A DNA stretch of 64,000 nucleotides, taken from the NCBI GenBank assembly GCA_036563785.1, contig DATCLR010000120.1, positions 4,998 through 68,997 of the forward strand. The letters run 5' to 3'. A model generated the notes under the pieces. That model made no database searches, was not told the origin of the DNA, and was given only the letters and a program-made list of their open reading frames with translations. Position 1 is the stretch's first letter. The number at the start of each line of letters is the position of its first letter. Origin of the DNA: Burkholderiales bacterium (GTDB taxonomy: Bacteria; Pseudomonadota; Gammaproteobacteria; Acidiferrobacterales; Sulfurifustaceae). This document shows, one piece after another, positions 41,654-49,335 of this stretch. A program made the position numbers and the translations under genes.

Positions 41654-42489
41654 GCGGGCGCGCGCAACCGGCGATCCGCCGCATCCTGGTGGCGCTCGAC
41701 GCTTCCACCGGAAGCGTGGGAGCGCTGCGCGCCGCGGCGGCGGTCGCGGCCGCGGCGTCGGCGGAGCTCGCGGCGCTGTACGTGGAAGACGTGAACCTGC
41801 TGCATCTCGCGGCGCTGCCGTTCGCGAGCGAGGTCGATCCGATCTCCGGACGGGCGCGGCCGCTGCAGCGCGAAGGCATGGAGCGGCTGCTGCGTGCGCA
41901 GGGTCTGCGGGCGCAGCAGGCGTTCGTCCAGGCGACCGCACACCTGCGCGCGAGCTGCAGCTTTCGCGTGACGCGGGGGAGGATCGTGCCGGCGCTGCTG
42001 CAGGCGGCGCTCGAGGCCGACCTCGTCGCTCTGGGGGCGATCGGGAGCGTTTCGGCGGCGCGCGGCGGGCTCGGTTCGATCGCCCGTGCGGTGATCGCCG
42101 AAACCGAGCGGCCGGTCCTGATCCTGCCGCACGGCGCGGCGCTGCGGCCGCCGATCGCGGTGGTCGTCGACGCCGCGAGCGGCGCGGGCGACGCGCTCGC
42201 GTTCGGCGCGCACCTCGGCGGATACTTTCCTTCGTCGGAGCTCGTCGTATTGCTGATCGCGGCCGGTCCGAAGCAGGCGCAGGCGCTGCGGGACGCCGCG
42301 GAAGCCGTCCTCGCCGGGACGGAGGCCCGTTACCGCGCCGTCGACGCCGCCGACGTCGACACGCTCGGCCGCGCGCTGCGGGCCGAGCGCGTCGGGACGC
42401 TGGTGCTGTCGCGCACGAGCCCCTCTCTCTCCGTCGAATCCCTCGGTGAGCTGCTCGGACGCACGAACGTAGCCGTGCTGCTAGTCTGA
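41650..42489 (+). CDS. Tandem universal-stress-protein-like (USP) domain protein
   Basis: GTG at 41650 overlaps the lon stop (GTGA). RRILVALDAS... The first domain keeps G-x2-G-x9-GS (GAIGSVSAARGGLGS). The second domain (IAVVVDAASG...) is degenerate. Confidence 0.6.
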   Translation: MSGRAQPAIRRILVALDASTGSVGALRAAAAVAAAASAELAALYVEDVNLLHLAALPFASEVDPISGRARPLQREGMERLLRAQGLRAQQAFVQATAHLRASCSFRVTRGRIVPALLQAALEADLVALGAIGSVSAARGGLGSIARAVIAETERPVLILPHGAALRPPIAVVVDAASGAGDALAFGAHLGGYFPSSELVVLLIAAGPKQAQALRDAAEAVLAGTEARYRAVDAADVDTLGRALRAERVGTLVLSRTSPSLSVESLGELLGRTNVAVLLV

Positions 42490-42609
42490 TCCGGCGCACC
42501 GGTTTGCACCTCGAGGCCGCCGCGCGCGGGCGAGCGCGCGGTTGACGCCGCGGTGCGGGCGCTGCACGATCCTGACGGTGCGACGGCATAACGGCAGGGA
42601 GGGCGGCCC

Positions 42610-43758
42610 ATGCAGGTGATGCCCGACTATCGCGGCGGCAGCATCGTCAATCTCATGTCCTCGATCGTGCACGCGCTCGGCGGCGAAGAACCGCTCTACG
42701 CGCCGCTCGCTGCGCTCCCGCCCGCCGAGCTCGCGAGCCGCAACGTGGTGCTGCTGGTCGTGGACGGTCTCGGCTACGAGTACCTGCAGTCGCGCAAACC
42801 CGAGGGCGCGCTCGCGCGGCGCCTGCGTGCGCGCATCACGTCGGTGTTTCCCTCGACGACGGCGAGCGCGGTCACGACTTTTCTCACGGGGACGGCGCCG
42901 CAGCAACACGGTCTTACCGGGTGGTTCATGTACTTCGCGGAGCTCGGCGGCGTCATGGCCATATTGCCGTACCGTCCGCGGCACGGCGGCTCCGCTCCGC
43001 GCCTCCCGGTCGGGACGCTCCTGGAGCACGTGCCGGTGTTCGATCGGCTCGATGCGCGCGCGCACATGGTCGCGCCCGCGCGCATCGCACAGTCCGACTT
43101 CAATCTCGCGCACCGCGGCCGGGCGGCGCTCGAGGCGTTCAGGACGCTCGACGAGATGTTCCAGGCGATCGAGCGCATCGTGCGCGTGGCGAGCGGGCGG
43201 ACGTATGTGTACGCCTACTGGCCGGAGCTCGACCGGCTCGCGCACGAGTGCGGCGTCGGAAGCCGCGAGGTCGGCGAGCATCTGGACGCGATCGATACGG
43301 CGTTCGATGCGTTCCTCGGGCGCATCGCCGGCAGCGACACGACCGTCGTCGTGACCGCCGACCACGGTTTCGTCGACGCGGCGCCCGAGGAGGCGATCGA
43401 GCTCGCGGCGCATCCGGCGCTCGCCCGCACGCTGCTCCTGCCGCCGTGCGGCGAGCAGCGCGCGGCGTACTGCTACGTCCGGGCGCGGCAGGAGCGCGCG
43501 TTCGCCGATTACGTCGCGCGCTTCGCCGACCGGGTGGAGCTGCACGAAGCGGAGGCGCTCGTCGCGGCGGGCGTCTTCGGCCTCGGTGCGCCGCACCCGC
43601 GGCTCCACGAGCGGGTCGGCGACTACGTGCTGATCATGAAGCAGAACGCCGTGATCAAGGCATGGCTCTCCGGCGAGCCGCAGTTCGAGCACATCGGCGT
43701 GCACGGCAGCACGAGCCCGGAGGAGATGTACGTGCCGCTGATCGTGGCGCAGGTTTGA
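42610..43758 (+). CDS. Alkaline-phosphatase-superfamily protein (type I phosphodiesterase/nucleotide pyrophosphatase-like), cytoplasmic
   Basis: 382 aa. VVDGLGYEYL and FPSTTASAVTTFLTG (metal Asp / nucleophile Thr context), TADHGF. No signal peptide. GGAGGG SD. Confidence 0.7.
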   Translation: MQVMPDYRGGSIVNLMSSIVHALGGEEPLYAPLAALPPAELASRNVVLLVVDGLGYEYLQSRKPEGALARRLRARITSVFPSTTASAVTTFLTGTAPQQHGLTGWFMYFAELGGVMAILPYRPRHGGSAPRLPVGTLLEHVPVFDRLDARAHMVAPARIAQSDFNLAHRGRAALEAFRTLDEMFQAIERIVRVASGRTYVYAYWPELDRLAHECGVGSREVGEHLDAIDTAFDAFLGRIAGSDTTVVVTADHGFVDAAPEEAIELAAHPALARTLLLPPCGEQRAAYCYVRARQERAFADYVARFADRVELHEAEALVAAGVFGLGAPHPRLHERVGDYVLIMKQNAVIKAWLSGEPQFEHIGVHGSTSPEEMYVPLIVAQV

Positions 43759-43978
43759 GCGCGCCGGCGGGGCACTGTCGCTCGAACCCGGCTCCGGGTC
43801 GCCCGCCGCCGGTTCGGGCATCCGCTGCCTTGACAAACCGTCGGCCGGGGCCGAGCGTTAATCGGTAGGGGCAGGGAAATCCCGGACCCGCCGCTCCGGC
43901 CGGGGCTATAGTGTCCCTGAACAACAACAAGGCGCTGTACGGCCGCCGCGCCGGCACCGCACCCGAAGGGAGAGGTTC

Positions 43979-44215
43979 ATGTCCACGAAGCCCGATTCGC
44001 AGAAAGTGCTGGACGAAGCCCTGCAGCTCGACCCGACCGCGCGCGCGTTCATTGCCGAGACGCTGCTCGAAAGTCTCGAGCTCGAGCACGATTTTCCGGT
44101 GCCGGAAGAATGGCGGGAGCAGGTGCGCCGCCGCTGCCTCGAGATCGATAACGGGCGCACCGGCATGTTCGACGACGCAGCCGTGCTGAACGAGCTGCGC
44201 GCGAAATACGCTTGA
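43979..44215 (+). CDS. Addiction-module antitoxin (TIGR02574-like component)
   Basis: 78 aa, VLDEALQLDPTARAFIAETLLESL... Overlaps the downstream toxin gene by 4 nt. Confidence 0.75.
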   Translation: MSTKPDSQKVLDEALQLDPTARAFIAETLLESLELEHDFPVPEEWREQVRRRCLEIDNGRTGMFDDAAVLNELRAKYA

Positions 44216-44517
44216 TCGACGTTCGCTGGCACCGCGCCGCGCGGGCGGAAGCCGCCGCGGCGGCCGCCTTCTACCGGAGCAAGCGCCCCGGGCTCGTCGA
44301 GCATCTGCTGCAGAATCTCGAAGAAGCGCTGCGCCGGCTGCAGCGGCGGCCGCGCGCCTATCCGCGTGTCGAGGCGAACGTGCACAAGTGCCGCGTGCCG
44401 CATTTTCCCTACGGCATCCTCTATCGCGTCCGCGAAGCCGAGTTCGAGGAGCCGCGCATCGAAATCCTCGCCCTGATGCACCTGCGCCGCCCGCCGGCGG
44501 ACGGCAAGTCCGACTGA
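44212..44517 (+). CDS. RelE/ParE-family toxin
   Basis: 101 aa, ...FPYGILYRVREAEFEEPRIEILALMHLRRPP typical of the ParE/RelE C-terminus. Confidence 0.75.
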   Translation: MIDVRWHRAARAEAAAAAAFYRSKRPGLVEHLLQNLEEALRRLQRRPRAYPRVEANVHKCRVPHFPYGILYRVREAEFEEPRIEILALMHLRRPPADGKSD

Positions 44518-44559
44518 GAATTGCGGCGCGTCGCGCCGTCGTCGGCGGGGCCGCGGAGG

Positions 44560-45138
44560 TTACTTCTCTTTCGCTGCGGGTCCGCGTTCGCGCACCTTGT
44601 CGGCGGGCGCCGGCGTCTCTTCCGCAGACCGCGGCGGCGCCGGCGCGAAGCCGCCGAGGGCGCTCGCTTCGCCGCGCCACGCTTCACCCCAGCCGGTAGG
44701 CGCGTTCGGCAGGGCATAGATGCGCGGACCGTACACGCTTCGCGCGGCATCCAGATCCGCGGCCCGATCGACGGCGGCGGCCGGTGGCTGTTCGGGGACT
44801 TCGTCCGAGACGATCGGCTTGCCGATCTCGCCGCGGCCCGCGCTCATGATCTCGGCCGCTTTCTGTGCCGCGGCGTCGTCGCGGGCGTGCAGCGCGAGCA
44901 CCGCTTTTCCGCCACGCACGGCGCGCGCATAGTGCTCCGTGTCATCGTCGATGAGCCAGCCGCTGAACATGCGCTGCACGACGCCCGCGATGCCGGTCAG
45001 CTCCGCATGCGGCGGCGGGGCGCCGTCGCCGCCTTCGATGCGTATCTGCTCGCGACCGAAGCCGTTCTCCAGGAGCCGCCGGCATGCGGCTTCCGCATAC
45101 GCCCGGGATTCGTAGATCGCTACCACCAGTCTTGCCAT
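44560..45138 (-). CDS. Hypothetical protein (N-terminus resembles YflT/general-stress-protein-type domain)
   Basis: 192 aa, MARLVVAIYESRAYAEAACRRLLENGF... The family assignment is only a weak recollection. Confidence 0.4.
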   Translation of the reverse strand: MARLVVAIYESRAYAEAACRRLLENGFGREQIRIEGGDGAPPPHAELTGIAGVVQRMFSGWLIDDDTEHYARAVRGGKAVLALHARDDAAAQKAAEIMSAGRGEIGKPIVSDEVPEQPPAAAVDRAADLDAARSVYGPRIYALPNAPTGWGEAWRGEASALGGFAPAPPRSAEETPAPADKVRERGPAAKEK

Positions 45139-45325
45139 CGATGCCTCCGCGCGCTGAGCGCTTCTCGTTCTGCAAATTCAGACTCGCGCAGGGCTGCGAT
45201 GTTCCGGCGCGCGCCGCAACAGGCGTTTACCGGATGGGAGCGGCCCGAAGGCGGCCGCTACGCTAGGGCGTCGACGTCCGCGGCTTCGGCGGCCGAGGCC
45301 TCGACAGCGAACAGGAGTACTGGCC

Positions 45326-45952
45326 ATGACTTCGTCCTCGATCCGCGAAATCCTTCCGGGCCTGTTCCACTGGACCACGTACCACGAGGGGATCGACGAG
45401 GATGTGCATTCCTATTACATCGCGGGCACGCGGCCGGCCGTTCTGATCGATCCGCGGGTGCCCGAGGAAGGGTTCGCCTGGTTCATGGACCATCCGGTGC
45501 CGGAGCACATCTATCTGACGAACCGGCTCCACTATCGCCACAGCGACCGTTTCGCCAAACCGTTTCATGCGACCGTCTGGTGCCACGAAGCGGGGCTTCA
45601 CCATTTCGGGGAGGATCGGCCCGTTCGCGGCTTCAGGCACGGCGAAACGCTTCCCGGCGGCATCCGGGCGCTCCCGGTCGGGGCGCTCTGCCCCGAGGAA
45701 ACGGCGTTCTACTGGCCCGCGAACGGCGGTGCGCTGTTCATCGGCGATGCCATCGTGCGGGACGGCGATGCGCTCGCTTTCGTGCCGAACGAGCTCATGG
45801 GAGAGGATCCCAGGGCCGTCAAGCACGGCATCCGCTTCGCTTTCACCCGCCACCTCGCGCTCGACTTCGATCATCTGCTCTTCGCGCACGGCGAGCCCTG
45901 GATCGGCCACGGCAAGGCCGCGCTCACGGGGTTCCTCGCCGTCGCGGATTGA
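45326..45952 (+). CDS. MBL-fold-like hydrolase with non-canonical metal motif
   Basis: 208 aa. LTNRLHYRHSD replaces HxHxDH. C-terminal LLFAHGEP. Confidence 0.5.
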   Translation: MTSSSIREILPGLFHWTTYHEGIDEDVHSYYIAGTRPAVLIDPRVPEEGFAWFMDHPVPEHIYLTNRLHYRHSDRFAKPFHATVWCHEAGLHHFGEDRPVRGFRHGETLPGGIRALPVGALCPEETAFYWPANGGALFIGDAIVRDGDALAFVPNELMGEDPRAVKHGIRFAFTRHLALDFDHLLFAHGEPWIGHGKAALTGFLAVAD

Positions 45953-46100
45953 CCCTTGTCGGCGCGCACCCGTCGCCTGGCGCCGCTCCGAAGCGCTGCT
46001 AATATTTTTCTTCGAGAGTAGAAGCTCATATCCGCGCTTTCTGCTGTCCATCTTCGTTCTTCCCGAAGTCCTGAAAACCGACGTTTCTTCGAGACCCCCG

Positions 46101-46745
46101 ATGTCCCGGCCAGGCCCGCTCGCGCTCTCGTTCGTGTTCCTCCTTGCCGTCGCGCCGCTCGAAGCCGCCGATAGCGCGCCGGACGAAGCGCGAGCGCGGC
46201 TGCGGACCTATCTCACCGCCAACGGCGGGCAGCTCACCGACGAGCTCGTGCGCGCCGCACGCGACCGCGGCCATTTCTGCGTCCGCTGCCACGGCGAGGA
46301 CGGCATGAGCAGCATGCCCCTGGTGCCGAATCTCGCGGGCCAGAATGCGTATTACCTCCTCGAGCAGATCGAGCGGTTCGCGAGCGGCGCGCGTTCCGAC
46401 CACATCATGACGCCGCTCGCGCGCCAGCTCGCGCCGGACGACAGGGCGTTGCTCGCGTTCTACTACGCGAGCCAGCGCCCGCGGCCGCACGCGATCGAGG
46501 CGACGCTCAAGCAGCGCGGCGAGGCGCGGTATCGCCAGATCTGCGTCGCGTGCCACGGCAGCGACGCGCGCGGCGGCGAGCAGTACGCGCGCCTCGCGAG
46601 CCAGCATCCGGAGTATCTGCGCCGCCGCCTGTATCAGTTCCAGTCGCGCACCGACCGCGAGGGGAGCGTGATGACGGGGATCGCGCGCTCGCTCTCGGAC
46701 GAAGACATCAGCGTCATCGCCGCCTACCTGGCGTCGCTTCCCTGA
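46101..46745 (+). CDS. Dihaem cytochrome c4-type protein
   Basis: Signal peptide and two CxxCH sites (CVRCHGEDG, CVACHGSDARGG). ATG at 46101 inside listed ORF 45567... Confidence 0.85.
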   Translation: MSRPGPLALSFVFLLAVAPLEAADSAPDEARARLRTYLTANGGQLTDELVRAARDRGHFCVRCHGEDGMSSMPLVPNLAGQNAYYLLEQIERFASGARSDHIMTPLARQLAPDDRALLAFYYASQRPRPHAIEATLKQRGEARYRQICVACHGSDARGGEQYARLASQHPEYLRRRLYQFQSRTDREGSVMTGIARSLSDEDISVIAAYLASLP

Positions 46746-46833
46746 GGTACGGGCGCGCGCAAGGCGCCGCCGGACGCGAAAACCTCCACGGATTCGGGCG
46801 TGTCCCCGACCGGCTCGCGGCAGTCGGCACGGA

Positions 46834-46847
46834 TTGATCCGTGTCAA
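46834..46847. promoter_or_regulatory. FNR/Anr-type box TTGAT-CCGT-GTCAA
   Basis: One mismatch to consensus. Centre about 61 nt upstream of the CMD/AhpD-like ATG. Overlaps a second palindrome, CACGGAT-tg-ATCCGTG (46828-46843). Confidence 0.5.
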
Positions 46848-46901
46848 AACATTGTTCCGTCGCCCGCGGTTAGCATGCGCTGGTCCACCAGGAGACACGC
46901 C

Positions 46902-47267
46902 ATGAGCAAGAACTTCGTACAGGTCGCACAGGATGTGAGAGGCGGCAGCCGAGAGCTGCGCGAGGCGGCGCCGGAGGTGATGAAGGCGTTCGCGGCGCTC
47001 GCGCAGGCGGCCACGGCGGCCGGCGCGCTCGACACGAAGACGAAGGAGCTGATCGCGCTGGCGCTGGGAATCGCCGGGCGCTGCGACGGCTGCATCGCGC
47101 ATCACACCCGCGTCGCCGTGCAGCTCGGCGCGACGCGCCTGGAGATCGCGGAGACGGTGTCGGTCGCCGTTTACATGGGCGGCGGGCCCGCCAGCATCTA
47201 CGGCGCCGAAGCGCTGCGCGCGTACGACCAGCTCGCCGCGCAGGCGGGCGCGCCAGCGCGAACCTGA
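46902..47267 (+). CDS. Carboxymuconolactone decarboxylase / AhpD-like family protein
   Basis: TKELIALALGIAGRCDGCIAHH (CxxC of the AhpD fold). ATG at 46902 inside the listed ORF. Confidence 0.8.
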   Translation: MSKNFVQVAQDVRGGSRELREAAPEVMKAFAALAQAATAAGALDTKTKELIALALGIAGRCDGCIAHHTRVAVQLGATRLEIAETVSVAVYMGGGPASIYGAEALRAYDQLAAQAGAPART

Positions 47268-47292
47268 TTCGATTCGAGCGGCCGGTCGAGCG

Positions 47293-47769
47293 CTACGCGT
47301 CGACCGCTGCGAGCACGGCGCGCACGCGGCGCTCGGCGCTCGCCGTGCTCGGCGCCGGAATCGAGTCGAAATCGCCGCGCAGCGCTTTCATGGCGTAGCG
47401 CTCGCGCTCGATCTCGCCGGTCGTGCGCACGCCGCGGCGGCGAAAGAGCGGGAGCGGCGGGCACCAGCCCTGGAGCGCGTGCTGCCCGAGGAACGCGAGC
47501 GCGGCCGCCGGCAGCAGAAGGAAGCGTCGATCGACGCGATGGCCGAGCAGCGTGCCGAGAACCACGAGCGTAGCGGCGTTCGCCTGCAGCGTGCGCTCGA
47601 TGTCCCACTCGCGGTCGAGCTCGGCAAGGCGCGCCTCGAACTCGACCCGGCGGCCTCCCTCGAGGCGCGCGACGCGCGCGTCCGTGCGTCCACGCAGCAG
47701 CCGGCTCACTTCCGGATCCGTATTGCGCTGCACGCGCGTCGCTGTCGCAGGCAAACGCAGACTGATCAT
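47293..47769 (-). CDS. DUF2892 (YgaP-like membrane domain) protein, copy 1
   Basis: MISLRL...; LDREWDIERTL, two TM helices, GWCPPLPLFRRRGVRT motif, ERERYAMKALRGDF. Confidence 0.65.
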   Translation of the reverse strand: MISLRLPATATRVQRNTDPEVSRLLRGRTDARVARLEGGRRVEFEARLAELDREWDIERTLQANAATLVVLGTLLGHRVDRRFLLLPAAALAFLGQHALQGWCPPLPLFRRRGVRTTGEIERERYAMKALRGDFDSIPAPSTASAERRVRAVLAAVDA

Positions 47770-48260
47770 CGGCGTCTCTCCGAGGAGCCGACCATCGACT
47801 CCGAAGCCGGCTCCGGCGGAGCGGCGTGGGTGCCGGTCGCTTCGTCGAGCTGCGCGAAGTCGCCGCGCAGCGCCTTGAGTGCATAGCGCTCGCGCGCGAT
47901 CTCGCGCGGCGTCCGCACACCGAGACGGCGAAGCACGGGGAGCAGCGGATACCAGCCGGTGAGCGCGTACGCGAGGAGCGAGCCGCCGACGAGCGCCGGC
48001 AGCGCGAGGAAGGCCGGACGTACGAGCACGCCGAGCGCGAGACCCGCCAGCCCGGTCGCCGCCGCCTCGAGCTCGATCACGCGATCGGTGTCCCATTCGC
48101 GGTCGAGCTTGTCGAGCCTGTAGGCGATCGTCTCCGCGTCCGCGTCCGCGTAGCGCTGCAGGCGCGAGTGCGTCTCGTCGTCGATGCGCCGCAGCACCGC
48201 GGCTGCGGTATGGGTGCGAACCCGGTCGCCTTTCAAGATCGTGTGCATCCTCGCGAGCAC
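47766..48260 (-). CDS. DUF2892 (YgaP-like membrane domain) protein, copy 2
   Basis: LDREWDTDRVIE, TGWYPLLPVLRRLGVRT (Cys replaced by Tyr), ARERYALKALRGDF. 4-nt overlap with copy 1. Confidence 0.65.
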   Translation of the reverse strand: MLARMHTILKGDRVRTHTAAAVLRRIDDETHSRLQRYADADAETIAYRLDKLDREWDTDRVIELEAAATGLAGLALGVLVRPAFLALPALVGGSLLAYALTGWYPLLPVLRRLGVRTPREIARERYALKALRGDFAQLDEATGTHAAPPEPASESMVGSSERRR

Positions 48261-48535
48261 CGTCGATATCGCGCCGCGGACCGCGGCGTTTCGGTTTCAC
48301 TGTACCGCCGTGCAACGACAGCCGCTGTCCGTTCCTTACCCGAGACTGTGTCGCACGCCGTCCCGTTGGGAGAAGTTCTAGGGCCATTGGGACACCGGCC
48401 GGTCCGGACCGAGGCGTGCTGTTCGTCGGAACCGGCGTGTTAGGATTTCCCTACTTCGAGGGTGGGCGGCAGGTGCACTCAACGTTCCCAGCGGACACCG
48501 AAGGCCTGCACAGGGCAACCGCGGAGGGCCTTGTG

Positions 48536-49335
48536 ATGACAGATGATCTCGTTCTTCGCGCCATGCGTCTCGCGGAAGCGGCGCACCGCAAGCGGCCCGA
48601 CGGGCCGCATCTACGGAAAGCGCCGGAGGGAGAGGATCGTCCGCCGTACTTCATCCATCTCGCCGAAGTCGCCTGGATGTTGCAGGACGCCGGTATGGAT
48701 GAAGAAACCGTGGCGGCCGGCTATCTGCACGATGTGATCGAGGGTTGCGGGTATACGGACGCTCAGCTCGCGGCGGATATCGGCAATGAGCGCGTAGCCG
48801 CGCTGGTCGCTTTGTCTCCGCGGGGCAGGAGGGTGAGATTTCGTGGAAGGAGCGCAACCGCCTTTACCGGGAGCGGCTGGCGCGGGAGGCACCGCCGGAA
48901 GCGTTGGCGGTTTCCTGTGCGGACAAGGTAGCGAACATGATGGACATGTGCCGTTACATGAAGAACGGCCATGCCGTGGAGAGTTTCACATCGAGGCCTC
49001 ACGCAGTGCAGCTGCGGAAGTTCGAGGCGCTAGGGGAGCTTTTCCGTGGTCGCGTTCCGAAGAAGCTGTGGGACCGATACGCAAGAGCGCTCGACGAAGT
49101 TCAAGAAGCTTGCGTCCTCGAAAGGACCGGCGTGAGCGGGAAAGCGACCAGCGCCGGCTTCCGGTTCTTTCCGCTCGCCGGGCAGAGAAGGTTTCGCGCG
49201 CGAAGTGCAGGAAACAGCCGCTACGAGCTGCCGACTGCACGGCGAACCCAAGACTTCTGCTCGGCCCGCGCGCGCCCGCGGGTTTCTCACTCCACCACCG
49301 TCCGCGACTGCTCGCGCATGTACTGCGCGAGATAG
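48536..49335 (+). pseudogene. HD-domain (RelA/SpoT-like hydrolase fold) gene interrupted by a -1 frameshift near 48812-48816
   Basis: Frame A gives MTDDLVLRAMRLAEAAH...HLAEVAWML...GYLHDVIEG...VAALVAL. The family-typical continuation VSAGQEGEISWKERNRLYRERLAREAPPEALAVSCADKVANMMDM is in the -1 frame. The 3' end is uncertain because the tail is Arg-rich and overlaps the ALDH 3' end. Confidence 0.55.

Noticed and set aside
37583-42589. 1,668-aa minus-strand ORF spanning the capA to usp-like region
   Set aside because: It is antisense to several well-supported genes (CapA, Lon-like, USP-like). The translation is Arg/Pro/Ala-rich low complexity with no recognisable motif. This is a typical stop-poor antisense frame in high-GC DNA.
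39230-43758. Possible partial BREX-like defence locus (Lon-like BrxL plus alkaline-phosphatase-fold PglZ)
   Set aside because: There is no PglX methyltransferase, BrxA/B/C or other BREX component anywhere in the window. The AP-family ORF is only 382 aa with NPP-type motifs, much shorter than PglZ. The Lon ORF has the LonC-type helical insertion rather than a BrxL layout. The FNR box and USP partner point to stress physiology instead.
48805-48820. Programmed -1 ribosomal frameshift in the HD-domain gene
   Set aside because: There is no X-XXY-YYZ slippery heptamer and no obvious downstream stimulatory structure. A simple indel (pseudogene or sequencing error) is the simpler explanation.
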